This document shows positions 26,808 to 34,902 of a DNA stretch of 64,000 nucleotides, one piece after another. The DNA is from Polyangia bacterium. GTDB lineage: Bacteria; Myxococcota_A; Polyangia; Fen-1088. Made by a program: the position numbers and the translations under genes. Location: assembly GCA_035578045.1 (NCBI GenBank), contig DATJWP010000096.1:18623-82622 (forward strand). Direction: 5' to 3'. The first letter of the stretch is position 1, and every line of letters begins with the position of its first letter. A model generated the notes under the pieces. That model was not told the origin of the DNA. It saw nothing but the letters and a program-made list of their open reading frames with translations, and did not search any database.

Positions 26808-27284
26808 CTACTGGACGCCGTTCTGATCTTGAGCGGGCGGCTGCTGCTCGGGCTCCGCAGCGGGCTTGCCGCGGCCGTGGCCGTTGCCGCGCGCCGCCGC
26901 GACGGCCTTGGCCTTGTCGGGCGCGTCACCCACCGCCAGCTCGCAGTCGCCGAACACCATCTCGATCCGACCCTCGCTGCGCCGCAGGCTCACCTCCAGC
27001 GACTCGGCGCGGATGATGGTCTTGTCGCGCACGCGGCCCGACAGCTCGACGACCTTGGCGTCGAACTCGCCCGCGATCTCGCCGCGCGAACGGAGCTCGG
27101 TGACCTTGGCCTTGCCGGACAGCACGCCGCTGTCGGCGACCTCGACCGACGGTCCGCTCAGCTCGCCCTCGACGCGCCCTTGCACGACGATGGGACAGGT
27201 CGACGTCAGGGTCCCCTTCAGCTCGGTCCCCTCTTCGATCAGAGTCTTCTTTTCGCTCATCGTCGTCATCCGCCTTTCAGTCAC
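26808..27284 (-). CDS. Bactofilin (DUF583 polymer-forming cytoskeletal protein)
   Basis: The core IEEGTELKGTLTSTCPIVVQGRVEGELSGPSVEVADSGVLSGKAKVTELRSRGEIAGEF has the bactofilin beta-helix periodicity, and the tail is Pro/Gln-rich. Start is either GTG 27284 (GTGA with the upstream stop) or ATG 27269/27260. Confidence 0.85.
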   Translation of the reverse strand: MTERRMTTMSEKKTLIEEGTELKGTLTSTCPIVVQGRVEGELSGPSVEVADSGVLSGKAKVTELRSRGEIAGEFDAKVVELSGRVRDKTIIRAESLEVSLRRSEGRIEMVFGDCELAVGDAPDKAKAVAAARGNGHGRGKPAAEPEQQPPAQDQNGVQ

Positions 27285-28330
27285 TTCACGATCTTCACGC
27301 GCAACCGGCTGCCCCGCTCGAACGCGAAACGGGTCAGCGAGTCGTTTTGCAGCACCGACGCCACCACGGCGCCGCCGCTCGAAACCACCAGCTCGCGGGG
27401 GCCGACGATTCCCGGGCTCTCCCGCTCGAAGAAGTGCCCGTGCACGGTGATCATCCCAGCGCCCGAGATCGTGCAGTCGGCCAGGACGCCGGCCTCGCCG
27501 ATCACCAGCTCGGTCCCGTCGCCCACGTTGATGGCGCAGTTCTCGAACAGGCTGTCGATCTCGACGCGGGCGCCGCCGTCGAAGTCCAGCGTGGCGTTCT
27601 TCAGCACGTCGCCGCGCCCGAAGTATCGACGCGACGCCGGCGCGGTCGCGGCCGCGGCCGGCCGCCGCAGACCGCTGAGCAGGCCCGGGATCTCGCCGTT
27701 GGTGATCCGGCCGGTGCCGTCGCCCGCTTCGCTGGTGTCGAGCCAGGCGACCAGCACGTCCCCCAGCGGGGCGCCGGTGCCGATCAGGCCGGCCACCTTG
27801 GCGCCCGTGAAGTCCGCCTTGGTCAAGATGGCGCCGCGCAGGTTGACCGCCCGCATGTCGGCCTCCATGGCCTTGACCGCGCCCAGCGCCGACTCCTCGA
27901 AGTTGGCGTGGGTGAGCACCGCGTGGCGCAGGTCCGCGCCGGTCAGGTTCGCCGCGCTGACCTGCGCAAACGACAGCAGCGCGCCCGAGAGGTTCGCGCC
28001 GGCCAGGCTGGCTCCGTCCAGGTTCGCGCGCGCCAGGTTGGCGCGCGAGAGGTTCGCCCGATCCAGCTTGGCCCCTTCCAGGTCGGCGTTCTCGAGGTTC
28101 GCCTCCTGCAGGTCGCTGCCGACCAGGTAGGCCTCGCGCAGGCTGGCGTTCTTGAGCGTGGCCTTGCGCAGGACCACCGCCTCGAGGTTGGCGCCTTCCA
28201 GATCGGCGCGCGACAGCGCCGCGCCCGGCATCGACGCGCGCGAGAGATCGATCCCACGCAGGTCCGCGCGGTCGAGCTTCTCGTTCTTGCGCAGCTTCTG
28301 AAGAGCCTGGTCGCGTGTCAGCTCACCCAT
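27281..28330 (-). CDS. Pentapeptide-repeat protein with a C-terminal beta-helix-like domain
   Basis: About 32 contiguous A(D/N)LxX pentads (ADLRG IDLSR ... ADFTG AKVAG) occupy nt 27791..28270. A 170-aa second domain follows. Confidence 0.9.
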   Translation of the reverse strand: MGELTRDQALQKLRKNEKLDRADLRGIDLSRASMPGAALSRADLEGANLEAVVLRKATLKNASLREAYLVGSDLQEANLENADLEGAKLDRANLSRANLARANLDGASLAGANLSGALLSFAQVSAANLTGADLRHAVLTHANFEESALGAVKAMEADMRAVNLRGAILTKADFTGAKVAGLIGTGAPLGDVLVAWLDTSEAGDGTGRITNGEIPGLLSGLRRPAAAATAPASRRYFGRGDVLKNATLDFDGGARVEIDSLFENCAINVGDGTELVIGEAGVLADCTISGAGMITVHGHFFERESPGIVGPRELVVSSGGAVVASVLQNDSLTRFAFERGSRLRVKIVK

Positions 28331-29622
28331 GTCCGTCCTTCCTCTCGCTTCTTGGCCTTGGCAGACTGGGCCGTCCGCCCGATCAGCTCCTCGACCTCGT
28401 CGATCTTCTTGTTGAATGGCAGCTTCTCGAGCCGCTGGACCAGGTCGACCTCGCCCAGCCGCACCAGCTCGATCGTGATCTGCAGCAGCGAGACCTGGCG
28501 CTCTCGCCTCAGGTGCCGCTTCCCGATCCGGCCCTGCTCCGACCAGTTCCGGGAGGCGCCCTCGAACGCGCCGTGCTGGGTGCGCAGGTCGGCCACCAGG
28601 CGGGCCAGCTCGCGCAGCGTGGCCCCCGTGTCGACCGCGGCCAGCCCGGCGGGCGTCGCCTGCCGGAACGCCTGGACCCGCGCCACCAGGGCCGCCGCGA
28701 CCTCGTCGGCGATGCCGCTCACCGCGGCGATCTCCTCGGCGCGCCCCGCGTACAGCGCCGACAGCTTGCCGAACCCGGCCGCCGTCAGCTTCTCGATCGA
28801 GAGCGGATCAAGGCCGGGGACCTGCTCGAGCAGCGCCCGGACGATCAGCGGCTCGCGTCGATCCCGCTCGCCCTGCAGCTCGAACGCGCGGGGCAGGCAG
28901 GCGCGCAGCGGCGCGTAGGCGGCCAGCAGCGCGTCGCGCGCGGCAGCCGAGGGCGTCGCGGGCTGACCGGGCGCCAGGACGTCCGCGAGCGCCGCGTCGA
29001 ACCGATCGAGCGCCTCGACCAGCGCGGTGTGCCCGACCGGCTCGGCCATCTTGCGCAGCGACCGCAGCACCGGGCGGGCCATCTCGAGCCAGCTGGCCTG
29101 GGCCTCGCCCCACTGCAGCTCCATCATCGCGCCCCGGATCTCGGCCACGTAGGGGACGGCCAGGTCCTCGAACGTCGCGCGGAGGGCCGCCTGATCGGAG
29201 GCCGTCGAGGCGCCATGCGCGACCTTGGCGGCCGGCTCGGCGCCCAGCGCCTTTTCGATGGCCAGGTCGACCGAGCCGCTGTCGGGCTCCGTGATCGTGG
29301 TGGGAACGGCCACGGGCGGCGGCAGAACCGGCGGGCGCACCGCGCCGTAGGCCATGGTGGTCGAGAGCTCGGGGCGTTTCCAGGCGCCGTTGGGCGGCGC
29401 CGGAATGGGCGGCGTCGCGGGGGTGGCGGCGGCCGGATGGACCCCGTTCGGCTTGGCCGGGGGCGCGGGTGGGAACGGAGGCGGCGGGGCCGGCGCTTGC
29501 GCCGCTGTCTCACTGGAATCTGCGGTCGGGTGCGAGCTGCGCTCACCTCGCGCCGGCGGCTCGGCGGCGGGCCTGGACGCCTCGCCCGCGGCGGGCTTCT
29601 TGAGTCGCGAGAAGATGCTCAT
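28318..29622 (-). CDS. Proline-rich protein with helix-hairpin-helix-like motifs
   Basis: 434 aa with a Pro-rich N-terminal 100 aa. HhH-like motifs VPGLDPLSIEKLTAAGF and VSGIADEVAAALV. The 3' end overlaps the pentapeptide gene by 13 nt. Confidence 0.6.
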   Translation of the reverse strand: MSIFSRLKKPAAGEASRPAAEPPARGERSSHPTADSSETAAQAPAPPPPFPPAPPAKPNGVHPAAATPATPPIPAPPNGAWKRPELSTTMAYGAVRPPVLPPPVAVPTTITEPDSGSVDLAIEKALGAEPAAKVAHGASTASDQAALRATFEDLAVPYVAEIRGAMMELQWGEAQASWLEMARPVLRSLRKMAEPVGHTALVEALDRFDAALADVLAPGQPATPSAAARDALLAAYAPLRACLPRAFELQGERDRREPLIVRALLEQVPGLDPLSIEKLTAAGFGKLSALYAGRAEEIAAVSGIADEVAAALVARVQAFRQATPAGLAAVDTGATLRELARLVADLRTQHGAFEGASRNWSEQGRIGKRHLRRERQVSLLQITIELVRLGEVDLVQRLEKLPFNKKIDEVEELIGRTAQSAKAKKREEGRTWVS

Positions 29623-29708
29623 CCCAGCCTCCGGCGCGACGTCTGCATCGACGCAAACGGGGCCGATCTTGATGTGCGTTCTGCCCCCGGCCCTCGGGTT
29701 TCTGTGCT

Positions 29709-30509
29709 TTGTTGGAGCGCATGCGCTGCGCCCTGATCGTTTCCGTCCTGGCGGCCGGCGCCATGGGGGCCTGCAGTCAATCGCTGACCAGCAGCACGCC
29801 GGGGACGGGCGGATCCGGGACGGGAGCCGGCGGCGCAGGTGGATCGTCCCTGGAGTCGATGTGCGACAGCCTGGTCACTCAGTATCAGGCCGCGATCGTC
29901 GATGCGCAGACCTGCGGCGTCGGGCGGCCTGGGCAATGTCAGGTGAAGGTCGATTCCGCCCTGTCGTCCTGCGGTTCCTGTCCGACTTACGTGAACGACC
30001 TTTCGAAACCGATGGCGATCGAGCAGGCCTGGTTCGGCGCCGGTTGCAACCAGCTTCCGTCGGCTCCGTGCGTCGTATCAACCTGCATCAGCACGACCAA
30101 CGCCGACATGTGCGGCGTCGCGCCGGGCAGCACCCACGGGACCTGCAGCTATGCCTCGCCGGGGACCGACGGTGGCTGGGGCTGGCCGGACGGTGGTTCC
30201 AGCATCTGCGACACCCTGGACCAGAAGTACCAGGCGGCAATGCCGGCCGCGAAAAGTTGCAACCCCGCCACACCCACGCAGTGCCAGACGGTCGTGCCGT
30301 TGGATCTCTCCTGCTACGGTGGGTGCGGGATCTACGTGAACGACGCGACCGAGCTCTCGGCCATCCAGCAGGCGTGGGATGCGGCCGGCTGCCCCACCGC
30401 GTCGGTGGTGTGCCCGGGAATCGGCTGCCTGCCGGTCATCGGGAGCGCGTGCGCCGCGACGGACGGCGGCGGCGCGGCCTGCTCGACCTCGTACGACGTT
30501 TTCCGGTGA
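29709..30509 (+). CDS. Secreted lipoprotein with two tandem 8-Cys modules
   Basis: Lipobox AMGACS and a Gly-rich linker. Two colinear modules of about 100 aa follow (CDSLVTQYQAA..YVND..IEQAW..AGC and CDTLDQKYQAA..YVND..IQQAW..AGC). Confidence 0.65.
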   Translation: MLERMRCALIVSVLAAGAMGACSQSLTSSTPGTGGSGTGAGGAGGSSLESMCDSLVTQYQAAIVDAQTCGVGRPGQCQVKVDSALSSCGSCPTYVNDLSKPMAIEQAWFGAGCNQLPSAPCVVSTCISTTNADMCGVAPGSTHGTCSYASPGTDGGWGWPDGGSSICDTLDQKYQAAMPAAKSCNPATPTQCQTVVPLDLSCYGGCGIYVNDATELSAIQQAWDAAGCPTASVVCPGIGCLPVIGSACAATDGGGAACSTSYDVFR

Positions 30510-30519
30510 GGCTGCGCGC

Positions 30520-31773
30520 TCAGCGAACGCAACGAACCTGGGCCGTATTGGACATGACGTCGGCCTCGGGATTTCCCATCCCGAAGTAGACGCGCCAGGC
30601 GCTGGCGCTCATTCCGGCCAGCGGCGATGCCGACCAGAAGTAGTCCGCCGTCGCGTCGAGCGCCGTGGTGTCGATGGTGGGGCCCGGGCGGGCGACGCCG
30701 AAGTCCACCAGCGTGAGCAGCTCTTTCTTGGTGGGGAGGCGCCAGCCCGTGCCTCCGAGCGCCGCCACCAGGGAGCCGGCGCAATAGGCCTTGGCGTCCG
30801 CCCACGTCATCGGCGTCGGCGCCGGGAACTCCTGCCAGGTGAGCCTGGTCCCGGCGTCGTAGACGGTCGCGCCGGCGCTGGTGTAGCGGGCGGGTGGGGC
30901 GCCCGCGTCGGCCGTGGCGTTCGGGTCGATCCCCACGCACCGAACGGAGAACGTCGACGACGTGGCGTAGGTGTCGACGAAGCCGCCGCCGAACCCGACG
31001 GCCCACGCGTAGCCGGTCTGGCCCGCGTCGGCCAGGGATGACCAGAAGGAGCTGTTCGCCGGCGTCCCGGGGAAGGCGGTGGCGTTGATGGTGGGCCCGG
31101 GGCTCACGACGGTGTCGTCGATCAGCGACGCCAGCTCGATGGGCGTCGGCAGGCGCCACCGGCGGTTGGCCAGGCTCAACCCGGGGCAATAGGTCTTGGC
31201 GTTGGACCAGGTGTACTGGCTCGAGGGCGGGGTCTGCTGCCAGACCAGGCCGGTGACGTCGTCGGTCACGGTGCCGTCGACGCTGACCGAGTAAGCCATC
31301 GGGTTCGGCGCGCCGGCCGCGACGTCCGCGGTGTCGTTCGGCATCGGCCAGCCGGCCCAGCGCGGGTCGATGCTGCCACCGAGCGACAGGCCGCCCGCTC
31401 CGCCGGTGCCGCTTCCGTTGCCGGCGGCGCCCACGACGCCCCCGCTGCCGCCACCCGTCCCGGTGATCGCGCCTGCTCCGGCGCCACCGCCGGTGCCCAC
31501 GCGGCCGCCGGTGGCGGCGCCGCCCGAGCCGGAGGCGTTGCCGTTCCCGCTGACCTGGCCGTCGCCGCCGGCCGCCTGGCCGTCGCTGCCGGCAGAGCCG
31601 ACCGTGTTGCCGCCGGCGTTGCCCGCGCCGGTGCCGGCGCTGTTGCCACCATGCCCTCCGGGCGCGCCTCCGCCGGGGTGGGATGCCGGCAAGCTGCTCG
31701 AGCTGCAGCCGACCAGCAATGAGAGGAGCGTTGCGCGTCGGAGCCTCTGTCCAGTGCCCATCAGGTCCCCCAT
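30520..31773 (-). CDS. DUF1566 (Lcl C-terminal-like) domain lipoprotein, two copies
   Basis: Start ATG at 31773 or 31761. Lipobox LLVGCS and a Gly-rich linker. Motifs WRLPTPIELASLID and WRLPTKKELLTLVD. Confidence 0.75.
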   Translation of the reverse strand: MGDLMGTGQRLRRATLLSLLVGCSSSSLPASHPGGGAPGGHGGNSAGTGAGNAGGNTVGSAGSDGQAAGGDGQVSGNGNASGSGGAATGGRVGTGGGAGAGAITGTGGGSGGVVGAAGNGSGTGGAGGLSLGGSIDPRWAGWPMPNDTADVAAGAPNPMAYSVSVDGTVTDDVTGLVWQQTPPSSQYTWSNAKTYCPGLSLANRRWRLPTPIELASLIDDTVVSPGPTINATAFPGTPANSSFWSSLADAGQTGYAWAVGFGGGFVDTYATSSTFSVRCVGIDPNATADAGAPPARYTSAGATVYDAGTRLTWQEFPAPTPMTWADAKAYCAGSLVAALGGTGWRLPTKKELLTLVDFGVARPGPTIDTTALDATADYFWSASPLAGMSASAWRVYFGMGNPEADVMSNTAQVRCVR

Positions 31774-32097
31774 CTCGGTACAACGGGGGGGAACTATTTC
31801 ATACTTCCAATCTCTCACTGGAACGCGAACCAGCCGCGCAGCGTGCCGGCATGGGGCTGGTCGCAATTCGGTCCCCCGAGGCCGGCCCGGGCTGGCGGTG
31901 AGAAAACTGTCAGTGGGCTGGTCGCCGCAGGCCGCGAGCCCGACGACCGAAAATGCGAAAACCGGCGCCCGCACCAAAGATCGAAGATTCATGAAGGTCT
32001 TCGGTGAGCTGCCCCTGTGCAAGTGGCGCACGGCCAGGGGCGTTCCCGTCACGTCGCGGCTTGAATCGGGAACGCCGAGATCCTAGGCTCCCGCCTG

Positions 32098-34059
32098 GTG
32101 CGCGAGAGGACCACCAGCGCGACCGCCCTGATTCTCACCGGGCTCCTGGTGAGCGGCGGCCAGACCTCGAAAGCGGCGCCGGCGCCACCGGCGCCCGTGA
32201 GCGGCGGCGACGTCCTGGTCATCGACGGCGGGCACGCGACCGGCCAGACCACGCTGGAGAACGCGCAGCGCGACGGCCTGACCGTCGTCGATCTCTCGGA
32301 CGACTGGCTGCCGTACATCTTCTCCGAGGAGCCGGGGAAGCCGCAGCCGATGCGCCCCTATCTGATCGATCTGGCCAACGGGCGGTTCCGCGCGAGCAGC
32401 GCCTATGCGCGGGCCCGCGAGGACCGCTTCTTCGAGGCGTTCGGGATCTTCCCCAGCCTGAACCTGGTGCGGAAGCGGCTGGCCGACAAGAAGCGCCACG
32501 CCTGCCACGAGCGGGTGAAGGACTCGGTGCTCGAGGAGCTGTCGGCCAAGAACGTGATCCCGGCCGAGGAGGCCGAGAAGGTCCCCAACCCCGACACCGC
32601 GGCGGTCGCGGCCGGCACGGCGCCGGCCATGATTCCGACCGGCAAGACCGTCTCGCCGCGCCCGCTGACCCCGACCGAGAAGCGGGCCGTGATCGCGATG
32701 CAGGCCCACCTGCGCTGCGAGGACGTGCTGTCGGGCAAGGCGACCGCCGGCCGGATGGATCGGCGAACGGTCGAGGGGCTCAAGGTCTACCAGCGGCTGC
32801 AGATGCTCGCCGACAGCGGCAACATCGATCCAGAGACGCGCGCGGCGCTGCTGGGCGACACGCACGAGCAGGACTTCCGGGCCTTGCTGCGGGCGCTGCG
32901 GGCCCGGGTCGTCGACGCGACGGGTTTGATCGAGGACGGCTCGGCGGCCGGGGTCCTGGGTCAGGTTCAGGGGCGCCTGCTCGACACCGCGGAGTTCCAG
33001 CCGCTGCCCGCGCAAGCGGCCGGCGAAAAGCCCCCGGCCGGGACGCCCGCGCCGGCGGCGGCGGCGAAGATCGTCCCGGCGCCCGATCTGATCGCGGCGG
33101 CGACCCAGGCGGCCACGCAGGCGCTCGGCTGGACGTCGCCGGACGCCGTCCTCGCCAGCACGCTGGTCGCGGCGCCGCCCGCCGGCAAGAAACCGGCCCG
33201 CGGCGCGGCCCGCAAGGGGCTGGCCCCCTTGCCGGCGGCGGTCGCGATCCGGCTCCCGCCGCCGCCCCCTTACCACAGCGCCAACATGGAGCTGCGCGCC
33301 GAGATCGATCGCGGTCAGGTCAACCTGGAGCGGCCCAAGCTCGACAAGGAAGGGCACAAGAAGTGGAAGCCCCCGGTCGCCGACCGCCCGACCATCACGC
33401 TGTACGCGCGCGCGGGTGACCACGAGGTGGCCCTGTGCCGCTGGCCGACCACGATCGGCGGCTGGAAGACGTTCGAGAAGTCGGACGGCACCATGGCGCT
33501 CAAATACAAGGAGTCCGTGACGGGCGACGCCGTCTGGCCGGAGGTCCTGGCCACGCCGACCTGGCACCCGGCGCCGGGGATGCCGACGCGCCGGCTGCTC
33601 ATCAAGGTGGGCGACTCGTTCGTTCCGAAGACCGAGATCATCGGCCCCGGCTACCACGCCGCCTACGGGCTGGTGGCGATCGTCCACCACCAGATCATGG
33701 GCGTCGACGACAAGGGCCAGCAGCAGCTCGAGGACCTGCGGATCCGCACGCACGGCACGCCCGGCTACCGATCGGTCAAGCGCGGCGAGAGCAACGGCTG
33801 CCACCGCCTGCACAACTTCGAGGCCTTGCGGCTGGCGAGCTTCCTGGTCAAGCACCACGCGAACGTGCGCGACGGCCTGGTGCCCGAGGACTACGTGCGG
33901 CACCTGCAGTACAAGGGGCAGGACATCGCGTTGCAGAGCGACAGCAAGGGTTACCGCTTCCGATTGACGCCGCCCGTGCCGGTCAAGGTTCTGGACGGCG
34001 ACATCCACGGCGACGCCAAGGCCGTCAAGCGAATGGTGCCGCTGGCCACGGTCCCGTAG
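32098..34059 (+). CDS. L,D-transpeptidase (YkuD) family protein with a peptidoglycan-binding-like domain
   Basis: Signal-like N-terminus. PG_binding-like region AMQAHLRCEDVLSGKATAGRMDRRTVEGLKVYQ. Catalytic motif THGTPGYRSVKRGESNGCHRL. Confidence 0.8.
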   Translation: MRERTTSATALILTGLLVSGGQTSKAAPAPPAPVSGGDVLVIDGGHATGQTTLENAQRDGLTVVDLSDDWLPYIFSEEPGKPQPMRPYLIDLANGRFRASSAYARAREDRFFEAFGIFPSLNLVRKRLADKKRHACHERVKDSVLEELSAKNVIPAEEAEKVPNPDTAAVAAGTAPAMIPTGKTVSPRPLTPTEKRAVIAMQAHLRCEDVLSGKATAGRMDRRTVEGLKVYQRLQMLADSGNIDPETRAALLGDTHEQDFRALLRALRARVVDATGLIEDGSAAGVLGQVQGRLLDTAEFQPLPAQAAGEKPPAGTPAPAAAAKIVPAPDLIAAATQAATQALGWTSPDAVLASTLVAAPPAGKKPARGAARKGLAPLPAAVAIRLPPPPPYHSANMELRAEIDRGQVNLERPKLDKEGHKKWKPPVADRPTITLYARAGDHEVALCRWPTTIGGWKTFEKSDGTMALKYKESVTGDAVWPEVLATPTWHPAPGMPTRRLLIKVGDSFVPKTEIIGPGYHAAYGLVAIVHHQIMGVDDKGQQQLEDLRIRTHGTPGYRSVKRGESNGCHRLHNFEALRLASFLVKHHANVRDGLVPEDYVRHLQYKGQDIALQSDSKGYRFRLTPPVPVKVLDGDIHGDAKAVKRMVPLATVP

Positions 34060-34070
34060 GCGGCGCGCCC

Positions 34071-34895
34071 GTGATCGACATCGGCGCCAACCTGACGTCG
34101 AAGGCGTTCGCGCGCGATCTGCCGGCCGTGATGGATCGCGCCGCGGCGGCCGGACTGGAGGCTGTGATCGTGACCGGGACCAGCCTGGGCGCCAGCCGTG
34201 CGGCGGCCGAGCTGGCTGCGCACGGCGGGCCAGTCCCCCTGTTCGCCACCGCGGGCGTCCACCCGCACCATGCCGTCGAGGCGACCGGCGACTGGCTGGC
34301 GGAGCTGCGGGCGCTGGCCCGGCGCCCGCGCGTGGCGGCCCTGGGCGAATGCGGCCTCGACTTCAACCGGGACTACTCGCCGCGCGCCGACCAGGTCCGC
34401 TGCTTCCGGGCCCAGCTGGAGCTGGCCGCCGAGCTGCGCCTGCCGCTGTTCCTGCACGAGCGCGACGCCCACGACACCTTCGCTGGCATCCTGCGCGAGC
34501 ACCGCGCGTCCCTGGCCGGCGCGGTCATCCATTGCTTCACCGGGACGCGCGCGCAGCTGGACGTCTACCTGTCGCTGGACCTGCACGTCGGCGTCACCGG
34601 CTGGATCTGCGACGAACGCCGAGGCGGGGACCTGGTCGCCGCCGCGCCGGCGATCCCGGCCGAGCGCCTGATGATCGAGACCGACGCCCCCTATCTGCTG
34701 CCGCGCAACATGCCCGGGCCGCCGCGGGACCGGCGCAACGAGCCGGCCTTCCTGCCGCACGTGCTGAGCGCCGTGGCCGCCGCGCGCCGCGAGGCGCCGG
34801 CCACCACCGCGGCCGCCACCACCGCCACCGCGCGGGCCTTCTTCCGACTGGGGTTGGGGCTGGGGGCGCACAAATTCCACGATTCTCTGCCCTAA
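34071..34895 (+). CDS. tatD: TatD family metal-dependent hydrolase
   Basis: GTG at 34071 within track ORF 33435..34895. Motifs IDIGANLTS, GVHPHH, ALGECGLDFNR, LPLFLHERDA, IHCFTG and IETDAPYL. Confidence 0.85.
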   Translation: MIDIGANLTSKAFARDLPAVMDRAAAAGLEAVIVTGTSLGASRAAAELAAHGGPVPLFATAGVHPHHAVEATGDWLAELRALARRPRVAALGECGLDFNRDYSPRADQVRCFRAQLELAAELRLPLFLHERDAHDTFAGILREHRASLAGAVIHCFTGTRAQLDVYLSLDLHVGVTGWICDERRGGDLVAAAPAIPAERLMIETDAPYLLPRNMPGPPRDRRNEPAFLPHVLSAVAAARREAPATTAAATTATARAFFRLGLGLGAHKFHDSLP

Positions 34896-34902
34896 TGGAG
34901 AC

